Below, one piece after another: positions 9,534 through 19,510 of a stretch of DNA of 64,000 nt. The DNA is taken from assembly GCA_045863235.1 (NCBI GenBank), contig BTUM01000001.1, positions 224,001-288,000 of the forward strand, in the 5' to 3' direction. Under the pieces are notes generated by a model, which was not told the DNA's origin, did not search any database, and worked only from the letters and a program-made list of their open reading frames with translations. Source of the DNA: Candidatus Xenobia bacterium. Lineage in GTDB: Bacteria; Vulcanimicrobiota; Xenobia; Xenobiales; QWHO01. Position 1 is the stretch's first letter, and each line of letters starts with the position of its first letter. A program made the translations under genes and the position numbers.

Positions 9534-11153
9534 GTGAGTCGATACACGAGAGGTTTTGCACTGGCGGTGGCCCTGATCATCGTGGCCATCGTAACCATCG
9601 TCGTCTTCATGGCTGTCAACGTGGCCAACCTGGAATCGCGCGCGGTGAGGCAAGATGTCCAGGGGGCTCGGGCGCTCTATGCGGCCAGGGCCGGCCTGTC
9701 GATGGCCATGTCCAATCTGACCGGCCTGCGCGACCCTGACTGGGGGAATCCTGAGGTCACCATGGAGCTGTCTCCCGGGCTTTCTTTCCGCGTGAACATG
9801 GTGCCCCATCCGAACAACACCACTCCCCCGTTGCGCAGCCAGCTGGCCTGGATGGTGACCAGCACCGGGCTGGTCGGCTCTCCCCCGGCTCAGGTCCAGC
9901 GCACCCTGCAGGCTTTTGTTCAGCAGGAGCCCTTTTCCCGCTATGCCTATTTCACCGACGTGGAGCTGGGACAGGGCGGTCAGGTGATCCGCTTCGTCTC
10001 CAACGATGCCATTACCGGCCCGGTCCATACCAATGGCTTTTACACCTTCGCCGGTCACCCGCGCTTCTCGGAAACCGTCCGCTCGGCCAATCGGGCTCTG
10101 CCCTATGACTCCAACGGCCTGCTCCAGGGCTATGATCCCTACTATACTCCCCCAACCGACCCTCCGAACCCGCAGCCGGCTCACTACAATAGCCCGGGAA
10201 ATGCTGTCACCACCGACCCGGCCCTCTTTTACCACTGCGAGAACAACGGCTCCAACACGGTCAACGGACCGGTGGCCCTGGCTGGCAGCACTCAGTTTTC
10301 GATGGCCGGAGGCCAACAGATCGTGCCCCTGCCCATCGACAACCAGGCCATTTACTCGGTGGCTCAGGAGACCGGCCAGCTGATCAGCGCTCCGCTTCCC
10401 GCCAATCCGGGCGCTCAGCACTACTCGGTGGCGCCCGACAGTGTCGTCTACCGGGCCGAGTATGACGAGAACACCGGCCGCATGACCAGTTACACTCGCG
10501 ATGGCAGCGCCATCACGGCTCAGAATGCTCCCCCTGTCTTCAAGCTTACCTTCCGGGCTGATGCCACGGTAACCGGTGCCGAGGTCTACAAGTGGGACCC
10601 CAATACCTCCAGCTTCCGGGCATGGAATGTGGCCGCCCAGGATTACTCCGCCAACCCCAGCGCCCCGACGGTGATCGACACGACCGCCCAGACTCTCTAC
10701 GTGAACGGGACCTGTTTGCTGGAGGGCACGGTCAGCGGACGAACCACCATCGGCGTCCGCTATGACACCGGAATCATCGACAACCTGGTCTACCGTGAGC
10801 GGGCCAGCGACGTGCTCGGTATCGTGGCCAACCAGAGCATCATTCTCGAGAGCCGAATCAACGTGGTTCGCGACCGTTCCATTCACGCCACCATGATGGC
10901 TCTCAACGGCTCGTTCTACGTGGACAAATACAACCAGGGCTCCCCTCGGGGTATCCTCCACCTGTATGGAGGGATCATTCAGAGGGTGCGCGGAGCGGTC
11001 GGCACCGGCTCGGCCTCCACCATCGCTACCGGGTACGCCAAGGATTACATCTATGACGACAAGCTCGTCTTTCGCCCCCCACTCAACTTCCCCACCACGC
11101 CCAATGTCTACATCGTCAGTCTGCGAGATCAGGGGGCTGTAGGATCGTTATGA
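9534..11153 (+). CDS. PilX-like N-terminus + DUF4900-like domain (large minor pilin/adhesin)
   Basis: RGFALAVALIIV prepilin-like start (GTG 9534); ALYAARAGL; YAYFTD, GPVHTNG, LYGGIIQ, GYAKDYIYD motifs. Confidence 0.75.
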   Translation: MSRYTRGFALAVALIIVAIVTIVVFMAVNVANLESRAVRQDVQGARALYAARAGLSMAMSNLTGLRDPDWGNPEVTMELSPGLSFRVNMVPHPNNTTPPLRSQLAWMVTSTGLVGSPPAQVQRTLQAFVQQEPFSRYAYFTDVELGQGGQVIRFVSNDAITGPVHTNGFYTFAGHPRFSETVRSANRALPYDSNGLLQGYDPYYTPPTDPPNPQPAHYNSPGNAVTTDPALFYHCENNGSNTVNGPVALAGSTQFSMAGGQQIVPLPIDNQAIYSVAQETGQLISAPLPANPGAQHYSVAPDSVVYRAEYDENTGRMTSYTRDGSAITAQNAPPVFKLTFRADATVTGAEVYKWDPNTSSFRAWNVAAQDYSANPSAPTVIDTTAQTLYVNGTCLLEGTVSGRTTIGVRYDTGIIDNLVYRERASDVLGIVANQSIILESRINVVRDRSIHATMMALNGSFYVDKYNQGSPRGILHLYGGIIQRVRGAVGTGSASTIATGYAKDYIYDDKLVFRPPLNFPTTPNVYIVSLRDQGAVGSL

Positions 11154-11506
11154 GGTACGCAAGAGGTCTGTCTGTCCTGGAAGTTCAGCTCGCCTTTCTG
11201 GTGATGATCGTGGTCGTGCTCGCGCTGCTCGGCCTGGTGCCCGGCGCTGCACGCCAGAGCACCACCTCGAGTTCCTATACCCGGGCCCTCTACACGGCCA
11301 CGCAGGCCATGGAGGGGTGCCTGCAACGAAACACCGAGGGCGATACCGGCAGCGCGCCCGCTCCCGAGGTCGCTTCTACCGCCTTCGTCCGCTGGTCCAC
11401 CTCGGCCGGCCTCAATGCCAACACGCAGCGTGTTCTGGTCGAGGTCACCTGGATCGAGCAGAATCGACCCATGCGGGTCGAGCTTGTCAGCCTGATCTAT
11501 CAGTGA
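11150..11506 (+). CDS. minor pilin, PilV-like
   Basis: Class III signal G|LSVLE plus hydrophobic helix; C-terminal VLVEVTW. Confidence 0.75.
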   Translation: MRYARGLSVLEVQLAFLVMIVVVLALLGLVPGAARQSTTSSSYTRALYTATQAMEGCLQRNTEGDTGSAPAPEVASTAFVRWSTSAGLNANTQRVLVEVTWIEQNRPMRVELVSLIYQ

Positions 11507-11521
11507 GGAAGGGGCATCATC

Positions 11522-12127
11522 ATGAGACGACAATCGGCAATCAGTCTGGCCGAGCTCTTGACGGCCATCTTCTTGTTCGGACTGTTTGGTTTGATGGTGC
11601 TCGCTTCGCTCCAACTGGCGTTGCGCCAGTGGACCTCGGTGTCGGGCCGGATGCGGGTCGCTCAGCAGGCCCGGTTCGTGCTCGGGGTCATGCAAGACGA
11701 GCTGCGGCAGGGGATTCCCTGGCGCGATGCCACCGATGGCTACCTGCGTCTGGGTGCCGGCACCGGACCCACGGCGCTGCTGATGCCCAACGAAACGACA
11801 CTGAACTCAGCCGTGCTCGAGTTCACTGAGCCTCACCCTCAGTACTACCTGCCCCTCAGCGGCGGCTGGAACCCTGAGGCTCCGGCCAACTTTCGCAACA
11901 TCACTTACCGGGTCAATGGCCTGGACGTCGTTCGCGAGGTGAGCTCGCACGACAAGGTTCCCCCTGACCCGCCGGAGATCGAGGTGATCTCCAGCGCTCG
12001 CCCCGGAGCCACGGTGGCTCTGGCTTTCACCTACCTCAGCCCCAACATGTGCGAGCTGGCGGTCACCAGCACTGCCGGGGACAACACCGAGACGGTTCGC
12101 ACCCGCTGCTTCATCGTGGGAAAGTAA
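11522..12127 (+). CDS. minor pilin, PilW/GspJ-like
   Basis: Class III signal A|ISLAELL, hydrophobic helix, MQDELRQ. Confidence 0.75.
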   Translation: MRRQSAISLAELLTAIFLFGLFGLMVLASLQLALRQWTSVSGRMRVAQQARFVLGVMQDELRQGIPWRDATDGYLRLGAGTGPTALLMPNETTLNSAVLEFTEPHPQYYLPLSGGWNPEAPANFRNITYRVNGLDVVREVSSHDKVPPDPPEIEVISSARPGATVALAFTYLSPNMCELAVTSTAGDNTETVRTRCFIVGK

Positions 12128-12163
12128 GGGGTCTTCAGGTCGGCCCGCGAATGCGCAAGCCCC

Positions 12164-14947
12164 ATGGGCCTGCGCATTCGTATGCTGGGTGGCTTTGAGG
12201 TCACCAGCGACGGTCGCCCGCTGGACACCGGGGCGGCTCCTCGCTGCTGCACCTTGCTCGCCTATCTGCTGCTCTTCCCACGGAGCCACTCCCGGGCCGA
12301 CTTGGCGGCCCGCTTCTGGCCCGAATCCGAAGAGTCGCAGGCCCGCACCAACCTGCGCCGCGAGCTGCACCACCTGCGCCACAGCCTCCCCCAGGTCGGG
12401 GCCCTGCTGCGCATGACCGCGCGCACGGTCGAGTGGGCGGGTGGGGCAGAGGTCGACCTGCACGAGCACCTGCAGGCCCTGGAGCGCTCTCGCCAGGCAG
12501 TCGACCCCGACGAGGAGGCCGCGGCTCTGGAGCAAGCTCTGCAGGCCTACGGAGGAGAGCTGTTGCCCGGGTGCTTTGAGGAGTGGGCCCTGGACGAGCG
12601 AGAGCGCCTCCAGGATGCGGTGACCGAAGCGCTCGAGCGCTTGATCGCACTCTATGAGGGTCGACAGCCGCGTCAGGCCCTCAGTGCCGCCCGCCGGCTG
12701 GTGCGTCACGATCGGCTGCGCGAGTCCGGCTATCGGGCCGTGATCCGTCTGTGCCAGCGGCTCGGCGAGCAGGCGGCTGCCCAGGCCGCCCTGCAAGAGT
12801 GCCAGCGGGTCTTTCGCCAGGAGCTGGGCGTGGAGCCGGACCTGGCCACCCCGGCTGTCGCGCCGCGAGCCCATCCCCCCCGCCTCTCTCCCCTCGTGGG
12901 GCGGGCCGCCGAGTGGCGCCAGATTCAAAGTTGGTGGAACTCGCCGCGGGTCTTGTTGCTGGTGGGAGAGTCAGGCATCGGCAAGAGCCGTCTGCTGGCC
13001 GAGCTGCAATCCTGGGCTCAAGAGCGCGGCAGCTCCGTGCTCTCGGCCCGGGCCTACGCGGCCGAGCGCAGTCGTCCTTACGGCTTGATCGTGGATGCGC
13101 TGCGGGGGACCGAAGCCTGGCTTGATTCGAGCCAGGGCCCTCGCCTGGACGACCTGGTGGCCCACCTGGTCCGCCCTGGAAGGCCCGATGCGCCCGTCCT
13201 GCTGCTGTTCGACGACCTGCAGTGGGCCGACGAGGCCTCTTTGTCGGTGCTGCACTACGCCTCTCGCCTGCTGACCCAGGCCCCGGTGGTCATGGCCTGG
13301 GCCGTGCGCTCGGGGGAGGAGCCGTCGATGCTCACCAGCCTGGTGCGCGAGGGTCGCCTGGAGCGGCTGGAAGTTGGTCCCCTGAGCCCTCAGGCGTCCG
13401 CCGAGCTGGCCCAGACCGTGGGCGCTCGGCCCGAGGACCCGGAGGCCTTCTGGCAGCGGTGTGGGGGCAATCCCCTGTATGCCACCGAGTTGGCCCGCCA
13501 GCCCGGCCTGGAGGGGCTGACCAACCTGGTTCGGGCCCGCCTCGATGACCTGGGTAAGCGCGAGCGCGAGCTGGTGTGCTGGCTGTCAGCGCTGGGAACA
13601 GGAGCCGACCTGGCCGTTCTCAGCCCCATTGCCGGGCTTTCCCTGCCGGAGCTCGCCCAGGCGGCCGAGAGCCTGGAGGCAGCCGGCCTGCTGCGCCCGG
13701 GAGCGGTGGGGTACGACTTCGCCCACGACCTGGTGCGCGAGATCGCCTACCAGAGCCTGACGCCGCCCCGGCGCCGCTTGCTGCATCTGCACATCGCCCG
13801 GGCCCTGACCGGGCCCAGCGAGGTGGCCCGCCACGCCTCGCTGGCTGGCGAGTCGGCCTGGGCCGCTCAGGCCTACCTGGAGGCCGCTCACCTTTCCATG
13901 CGCCTTCTGGCCTTTCGTGACGCGCGCCGTCAGGCTCGCCTGGGCTGGGAGGAGGTGAGCCGGCTCTCCCCGGTCGAGAGCCTGGAGCTGCGGCTCAGCC
14001 TTTTGCAGGCATGGATCACGACCGGTCCCAGCCCGGAGGAGGCGTCCGAGGTGGAAGGCCACCTGCGCGATCTGCTGCGCCTGGCGACCGAGCTGGGGCG
14101 GCGCGAGGAGCAGGCGGCCGTGCTCGGTTTGCTGGTGCTGGTGCAGTTCGACGAGGATGCCCTGGCGCAGGTGCAGGAGAGCTCGCGCCGGGTGGCCGAG
14201 CTGGTGCAGTCGGCCAGCCCGCGCTCGCGCGCCCAGGGACTGGCCCGCACCGGTTACTGCCTGGCCGCGATCGGTCGCGAGGTTTCCCGGGCGGAAGCTC
14301 TGCTCTATCAGGCTCAGGACCTGGAGCCTTCGCTCTATGAGGTGGACATCGGGCTGGGTCTGGTCTCGTGGCACCGCGGACAACTCGCTGACAGCGCCCA
14401 GCACCTGGGCCGGGCTCTGGAGCGTTGTCGTCAGGCCAGCGACGCGGCTCGCGCCTCCTTTTGCCTGGCCCGGCTGGCCTGGCTTGCCCTGGAGGCCGGG
14501 CAGGGAGATCAGGCCTGCGAGCACGCCCGAGAGCTGAGCCGGCTGGCCCGCCAGCGGGAGGACGCGGCCGACGAGGCGGGAGCTGAGGCGGTGCAGGCCC
14601 TGGTCGCCTACCTGGCCCGGCCCGACGACCCGAGCGAGCTGGAGCAAGCTCTGGAGCTGATGCGCAGTCTGGGCTCGCGGCGTTCTCTGGCTCAGCTCCT
14701 GCTGGTGGCCGCCCGAGACGAGCCCGCTCCCGAGCGTGGGCGGACCTGGGCCCGTCAGGCTCTGGGCCACGCGGCGGCCGTGGGAGACGCCGACCTGACC
14801 GTTCGGGCCCAGCTCCTGGCCGGAGAGCAGGCCATCTTGCCGGCTGGCGTGGAACTGAGCCATCAGACCAGAGAGTTGATGGGAGGAGCCGATGCAGTCC
14901 GAACCGATCATCCTGGCCGAGGTGCGGCACGATCCGCCCCTGGATGA
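12164..14947 (+). CDS. SARP/BTAD transcriptional regulator with AAA ATPase and TPR-like region (AfsR-like)
   Basis: LRIRMLGGFEV, SRADLAARFWPE..ARTNLRRELH, BTAD YGGELLPG; Walker A GESGIGKS; DDLQWAD; YDFAHDLVRE. Confidence 0.9.
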   Translation: MGLRIRMLGGFEVTSDGRPLDTGAAPRCCTLLAYLLLFPRSHSRADLAARFWPESEESQARTNLRRELHHLRHSLPQVGALLRMTARTVEWAGGAEVDLHEHLQALERSRQAVDPDEEAAALEQALQAYGGELLPGCFEEWALDERERLQDAVTEALERLIALYEGRQPRQALSAARRLVRHDRLRESGYRAVIRLCQRLGEQAAAQAALQECQRVFRQELGVEPDLATPAVAPRAHPPRLSPLVGRAAEWRQIQSWWNSPRVLLLVGESGIGKSRLLAELQSWAQERGSSVLSARAYAAERSRPYGLIVDALRGTEAWLDSSQGPRLDDLVAHLVRPGRPDAPVLLLFDDLQWADEASLSVLHYASRLLTQAPVVMAWAVRSGEEPSMLTSLVREGRLERLEVGPLSPQASAELAQTVGARPEDPEAFWQRCGGNPLYATELARQPGLEGLTNLVRARLDDLGKRERELVCWLSALGTGADLAVLSPIAGLSLPELAQAAESLEAAGLLRPGAVGYDFAHDLVREIAYQSLTPPRRRLLHLHIARALTGPSEVARHASLAGESAWAAQAYLEAAHLSMRLLAFRDARRQARLGWEEVSRLSPVESLELRLSLLQAWITTGPSPEEASEVEGHLRDLLRLATELGRREEQAAVLGLLVLVQFDEDALAQVQESSRRVAELVQSASPRSRAQGLARTGYCLAAIGREVSRAEALLYQAQDLEPSLYEVDIGLGLVSWHRGQLADSAQHLGRALERCRQASDAARASFCLARLAWLALEAGQGDQACEHARELSRLARQREDAADEAGAEAVQALVAYLARPDDPSELEQALELMRSLGSRRSLAQLLLVAARDEPAPERGRTWARQALGHAAAVGDADLTVRAQLLAGEQAILPAGVELSHQTRELMGGADAVRTDHPGRGAARSAPG

Positions 14948-15158
14948 GGCCCGCAAGCAGGAAGTTTTCCCTCGGCTGGATGCTTGTCTTGCAGCCCGGT
15001 CGCTGCAGTGGCTCGGAAGCTTCATTTCGGCGGATGGAAGGCTGACCATCTGCCAGTTTGCCGGGACGGACGTGGACAGCGTTCGGGAAGCCTATGAGAC
15101 GGCGGGAATTCCGGCCACCCGGGTTTTCGTGGCCCACCCCATCATGCCGCCGCCCTGA
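14892..15158 (+). CDS. DUF4242-like small protein
   Basis: LQWLGSFISADGRLTICQF...DSVREA..AGIPATRV pattern; GGAGG upstream. Confidence 0.7.
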   Translation: MQSEPIILAEVRHDPPLDEARKQEVFPRLDACLAARSLQWLGSFISADGRLTICQFAGTDVDSVREAYETAGIPATRVFVAHPIMPPP

Positions 15159-15162
15159 TTCT

Positions 15163-15219
15163 GGATCAACGCGCCGGAACGCTCTCGGAACGCTTCGCGA
15201 ACGGTTGATCCTCTAAGCT
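15163..15219 (+). promoter_or_regulatory. candidate SARP operator (GAACG at 11-bp period) plus -10 TAAGCT
   Basis: GAACG at 15177, 15188 and 15199; TAAGCT at 15214-15219. Confidence 0.55.
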
Positions 15220-15262
15220 GCTCTTGTGGGTGGACGACCACCCCCCAAAGGAGACAGCGACG

Positions 15263-15685
15263 ATGTCCATACCCCTTCTGGTGCTGCTCGCCTTCGCCGG
15301 CTGGACGCTGGCGGTGCTGCTGGGCTTCATCGGAACCTACCGCTGGAGCCGCATCCTGACCGGACGGGCCCAGCTCACCGACTTCCGCCCCGACGTGCCC
15401 CACGGCAGCGACCTGTATCGACGGGCCATGCGCGCCCACGCCAATTGCCTGGAGAGCCTGCCGGTCTACGCCGCCATCGTGGTGGTCCTCACCGCCACCG
15501 GGCTCTCGAGTCCCTGGCTCGACGCCCTGGCTGTGACGTTCCTGGTGGCGCGCGTGTTCCAGAGCCTGACCCACATCCTGCTGCCCGAGACCAACCGGGC
15601 GGTGGCCCTGCGCTTCTCGTTCTTCTTGCTCCAGCTCGTGTGCATGGGCTGGATGGGCCTGACGGCCCTGACTCAAACGGCTTAA
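15263..15685 (+). CDS. MAPEG family membrane protein
   Basis: RAMRAHANCLESLPVYAAIV, ARVFQSLTHI; RBS AAGGAG. Confidence 0.85.
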   Translation: MSIPLLVLLAFAGWTLAVLLGFIGTYRWSRILTGRAQLTDFRPDVPHGSDLYRRAMRAHANCLESLPVYAAIVVVLTATGLSSPWLDALAVTFLVARVFQSLTHILLPETNRAVALRFSFFLLQLVCMGWMGLTALTQTA

Positions 15686-15696
15686 GGAGGCTTCCG

Positions 15697-16452
15697 ATGA
15701 TCAACCGAATCCCGGGTTTTCTCTACGGTGTGGCCAGCTATCTGGTCTTCTTCCTCACCTTCCTCTACGCGGCGGGCTTTGTCAGCAACGTGGGAGTGCC
15801 CAAGTCGATCGACTCCCCCCGCCCCGGTCCGCTCTGGGAGGCGCTGCTGGTGGATGCCCTCTTGCTGGCGCTTTTCGCGGTGCAGCACAGCGGCATGGCT
15901 CGCCCTGCCTTCAAGAAATGGTGGACCCGCTACGTGCCTGTGGAGCTCGAGCGCAGCACCTACGTCCTCTTCTCCAGCCTGGCCCTGATCGCTTTGTTCG
16001 TCCTGTGGCAGCCGCTGGGCGGCGCGCTGTGGAGCTTCGAGGGCCCTCTCGGTGCGCTCCTGGCCGGCCTCGGCCTGCTGGGCTGGGCCCTGGTGCTGAC
16101 CTCGACCTTCCTGATCAACCACTTCGACCTGTTCGGCCTGCGCCAGGTGTGGCTTTATCTTCTCGACCGACCTTACACCCAGCTCAGCTTCAAGCTGGTC
16201 GGCCCTTACCGCTACGTGCGGCATCCCCTCTACGTGGGCTGGCTCTTCGCCTTCTGGGGGACCCCCACGATGACCGTGACCCACCTCTTTTTCTCGCTGG
16301 TCACCACGGCTTACATCCTGATGGCCATCGGCTGGGAGGAGCGCGACCTGATGGCGGCTCATCGCGAGTATGCCGAGTATCGTAAGAACGTGCCCGCTCT
16401 CTGCCCCCACCTGCGCCGCCAGGACGCCGCCGCTCTGGCCGTCTCGGCCTGA
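15697..16452 (+). CDS. mddA: methanethiol S-methyltransferase (MddA; ICMT-like)
   Basis: LYGVASYLVFF, PKSID, FAVQHSGMARPAFKKWWT, ERSTYVL, STFLINHFDLFGLRQ, YRYVRHPLY, EERDL; RBS AAGGAGG. Confidence 0.85.
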   Translation: MINRIPGFLYGVASYLVFFLTFLYAAGFVSNVGVPKSIDSPRPGPLWEALLVDALLLALFAVQHSGMARPAFKKWWTRYVPVELERSTYVLFSSLALIALFVLWQPLGGALWSFEGPLGALLAGLGLLGWALVLTSTFLINHFDLFGLRQVWLYLLDRPYTQLSFKLVGPYRYVRHPLYVGWLFAFWGTPTMTVTHLFFSLVTTAYILMAIGWEERDLMAAHREYAEYRKNVPALCPHLRRQDAAALAVSA

Positions 16453-16455
16453 GCT

Positions 16456-17310
16456 CTACGGTTTCGTCACTGGCTCGAGGCGCTCTACAATCCACGCGAA
16501 GGTCTCCTCCAGAGCCTGTCGGCCCAGGGGATTGCGAAAGTCGTGCCCCAGCCCCGGGATACGCCGTACCTGCAGGTTCGATCCCATCGCCGCCTGCAAC
16601 TCGGCCACGCTGACCGGAGAGCACTGCGGGTCGTCCTCACCTTGCACGAGCAAAACCGGGATGTCGGGGCCCAGGCTGACCAGGCTGGGCCCGGGCGAGA
16701 GCGGCAGGGCGCTGGCCCACCAGCGGTAAGTGTTTCGAGCCAGCTGTCCGTCCGAGCCCCACTCCAGCTGCCAGGTGGGGTTCTTCTTCATGGTCTCCAA
16801 CTCGGCCCGGATCTGTTCCAGAGGGGCTCCCTGCTTGGCCATCTCGGCCAGCAGCTCGCGCTCGAAGGGCCAGGCGCCACCGCTGGCGATCAGCACCACG
16901 GCACGCGTCTCCTCCACCAGCGGAGCTACCAGGGCGGCTACCAGGCCGCCCTCCGAGCCCCCGACGACCACCAGCCGTCTGTCCCAGTCGCTCTCGCATC
17001 GGCGCAGATGGGCCAGCACCTGCAGGCAGTCCAGGACCCGATTGGGCACGGTGTTTTCGCGCAGGTACTCCTCGGGGCAGCCGGTGGCCGAGGGCGTCAA
17101 TCCGCGTTTCTCGATGCGCAGCACGGCGATGCCCTGCACGGTCAGGCTGCGGGCATAGTCGTCGTAGGGTGGTCGTTGCACCGAGGCGCACTCCGAGCCC
17201 TGCAGCAGCAGAACCAGCGGGTAGGGCCGCGCATCCGGGCGGTCAAGGCGGTAATGCAGCTCGGAGCCGTCGGGCCGGGGTAACAGGAGCAGAAACAGTA
17301 GGTACAGCAC
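16456..17310 (-). CDS. alpha/beta hydrolase
   Basis: Nucleophile elbow GGSEGG; LLVQGEDD; PGLGH. Confidence 0.85.
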   Translation of the reverse strand: MLYLLFLLLLPRPDGSELHYRLDRPDARPYPLVLLLQGSECASVQRPPYDDYARSLTVQGIAVLRIEKRGLTPSATGCPEEYLRENTVPNRVLDCLQVLAHLRRCESDWDRRLVVVGGSEGGLVAALVAPLVEETRAVVLIASGGAWPFERELLAEMAKQGAPLEQIRAELETMKKNPTWQLEWGSDGQLARNTYRWWASALPLSPGPSLVSLGPDIPVLLVQGEDDPQCSPVSVAELQAAMGSNLQVRRIPGLGHDFRNPLGRQALEETFAWIVERLEPVTKP

Positions 17311-17374
17311 GCCTCAGTTTACTCGACCACCCCTGACAGGGGAAGGTGGGTCGGTCGACCGAATCATCGCCTCG

Positions 17375-18598
17375 ATGCTGTTGATGCCTCGAGCCGTGTG
17401 CCTGGTGGTGGACGCGCTCGAAGACGGGATCCCCCTGGAGGCTTGTGAGCTCGAAGCCTGCACTCACGAGCTCGAGCGGTTGCGAGCCTGGCTCGGCGAG
17501 CAGGGTGACTTCTCCCTCGACGAAGCCGAGGAGGTCGAGTTTGCCAACCTCGCGGTCATCCTGGACGAGGTCCAGCACGCCTCCACCACCGAGGGTTTCA
17601 CCGACCGCGCGGTCGAGCTCTATGACCGCGCTCGCAAGCTGCGCCTGCGACGAGAGGCCCGGGCACTCAGTCCCCATCCGGCTGTCAACGAGTTCTTGCA
17701 GGCCGGCTGGGCCTTTTTGCGACGTCGGGCGGCCCCCGCCGCCGTGCAGCGACGCATGCCGGCTGTCCGCGCTTACCTGGATGAGGCCGCCCGGCGCCTG
17801 GAGCGCTATCGTCCCCATCTCCCGCCCGAGGTGGGGCGAGCGCTGGAGATAGGGTGGAGCCAGGCGGATCGTTCTTATGCTGCCCTGTTGCAGCCCTCGG
17901 ACCAGCTCGAGTCGCTGCTCGGCCGTCTTCAGGAGGGAACCGAGCTCTTGCAGCACCTCTACGCCTGCGAGCGAAAGGTTGAGCGCCAGGTGCTGTCGGG
18001 CTATCAAAGCTATCGATTTCCCCTGGGGGACGAGTTCGAGATGGCTCTCCAGAGCGCTCCCGCTTCGTACGCCTACCTGGCCGGGGAGGCCCTCCCTCGC
18101 CTGCGTCAAGAGTGGGAGGATCTGCGCGCCGAGCTGGTCTTGCCGCCCGAGCTGGGCGTGGAGCTGCCTTACCGATTCGAGATGCTGCTCGACTCGCTTG
18201 AGCGGTGCCTGCTCGGCCAACAGGACCCGCTGCCTCTGCTGCGGGAACTGTCCGAGCTGTATGAGGCGATGCAGTCGGCTCGCCTCAAGAACCCCGAGCC
18301 CGGGACTCAGGCTGGCCAGCTCTGGGAGCTGGCTGCGGCTGTGCTGGCCGGACGCCTGCCGCGGGCTTATCTGCGACTGTGTCTGGAACGGTGCCAGGCC
18401 ATTGATGACGCTTTTGGTGAATTTCTGCAAACCGGCCAGGAAGCTGACCTGATGGCCGCTCTGCAGCTGATGCTCCAGCGTGTTCCAGGTCCGAGCGATG
18501 CCCCCGTGAACTGGACCTGTCCCACCTGCCAGCGGGAAAACTTCTTTGCCGCCCCGCGCTGCGCGGGTTGCTCGGGTCTACGCCCTCAGAAGGCCTGA
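17375..18598 (+). CDS. hypothetical helical protein with C-terminal RanBP2-type zinc finger
   Basis: WTCPTCQRENFFAAPRCAGC. Confidence 0.65.
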   Translation: MLLMPRAVCLVVDALEDGIPLEACELEACTHELERLRAWLGEQGDFSLDEAEEVEFANLAVILDEVQHASTTEGFTDRAVELYDRARKLRLRREARALSPHPAVNEFLQAGWAFLRRRAAPAAVQRRMPAVRAYLDEAARRLERYRPHLPPEVGRALEIGWSQADRSYAALLQPSDQLESLLGRLQEGTELLQHLYACERKVERQVLSGYQSYRFPLGDEFEMALQSAPASYAYLAGEALPRLRQEWEDLRAELVLPPELGVELPYRFEMLLDSLERCLLGQQDPLPLLRELSELYEAMQSARLKNPEPGTQAGQLWELAAAVLAGRLPRAYLRLCLERCQAIDDAFGEFLQTGQEADLMAALQLMLQRVPGPSDAPVNWTCPTCQRENFFAAPRCAGCSGLRPQKA

Positions 18599-19227
18599 GC
18601 GGGCTGTTGGGCCGCGTAGGCTCCCGCCGCCCCGATGACGGGGCCGGTTGACAGTCCGACCTGACCGTTGCTGCCGATCCCGGTCAGGGCCGCCCGATTG
18701 GGACCGAACGGGGTGTTCACCTGGATGTTATTGGCGGTGTAGACTTCGTTCTGGGAAAAGCGCCCGTCCCCGTTGGTGTCGGAAAGGACCCGCGCGCCCC
18801 CCTGCATCAGCTCGTTCTGGCCCAGCTGGCCATTGCCGTCCAGGTCATACTTTTCGCCGAACTTCTCGCGCATCTTCTGGGCCACCATTCCCTCGAGCCC
18901 GGCCACCTTGCCGTCTCCGTTGAGATCGTTGTCGCCCGAGAACACCTTGAGCATGGCCCGGGACTCTTCGATCTCCTTGCCGGTCATCTTGCCGTCCTTG
19001 TTCATGTCGAAGGCCAGCACCCCGTCATTTCTATCGAAGGTCCCGTTGTTGTTGAAGTCGAGCGCGTAGCCCTGCTTGTTCTGGCCGGCAACATTGGCGT
19101 AAGTCGCGTTGGGGATGGCCTGGGTGACACCCGACTGCACCGGAGGGGCCTGGACCCCCTCGCCCGCCACCTTGTGGTCGACGTTGGTGATGGGAAGGAA
19201 CTGGGCCAGTTGGCTGGGTCCGAGCAT
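18586..19227 (-). CDS. EF-hand-like Ca-binding repeat protein
   Basis: Five DxNxDG-type loops (DFNNNG, DMNKDG, DLNGDG, DLDGNG, DTNGDG); RBS GAGGAGG before ATG 19227. Confidence 0.8.
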   Translation of the reverse strand: MLGPSQLAQFLPITNVDHKVAGEGVQAPPVQSGVTQAIPNATYANVAGQNKQGYALDFNNNGTFDRNDGVLAFDMNKDGKMTGKEIEESRAMLKVFSGDNDLNGDGKVAGLEGMVAQKMREKFGEKYDLDGNGQLGQNELMQGGARVLSDTNGDGRFSQNEVYTANNIQVNTPFGPNRAALTGIGSNGQVGLSTGPVIGAAGAYAAQQPAQAF

Positions 19228-19510
19228 TTGTGCAGGCCTCCTCGCGTTCGCTTTGGATGCCTTGATTATCCGGTCTGGGCATGGACCAATGCTATGCACT
19301 TTTCCGTGAACTGGATGAACTTATTGTTTCCGAGTGTTGCCAATTGAAACACCAGCGTTCCGGACCCGAACAGGAGCGTCCTTATGCTGCGTAATATCCT
19401 CTAGCCCGACGCTGGGCGTTCAGGGAAGCCAATCCAGCGACTCCTCAGTTGGTGGACAGTTAACAAACGTACCCCAGACCCCCCCGGGTCCCCTGACTAT
19501 AGTGGGCGCC

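Noticed and set aside
15226..15696. N-terminal extension of the tracked 408-aa ORF containing mddA
   Set aside because: Overlaps the MAPEG gene out of frame; mddA has its own AAGGAGG and ATG at 15697
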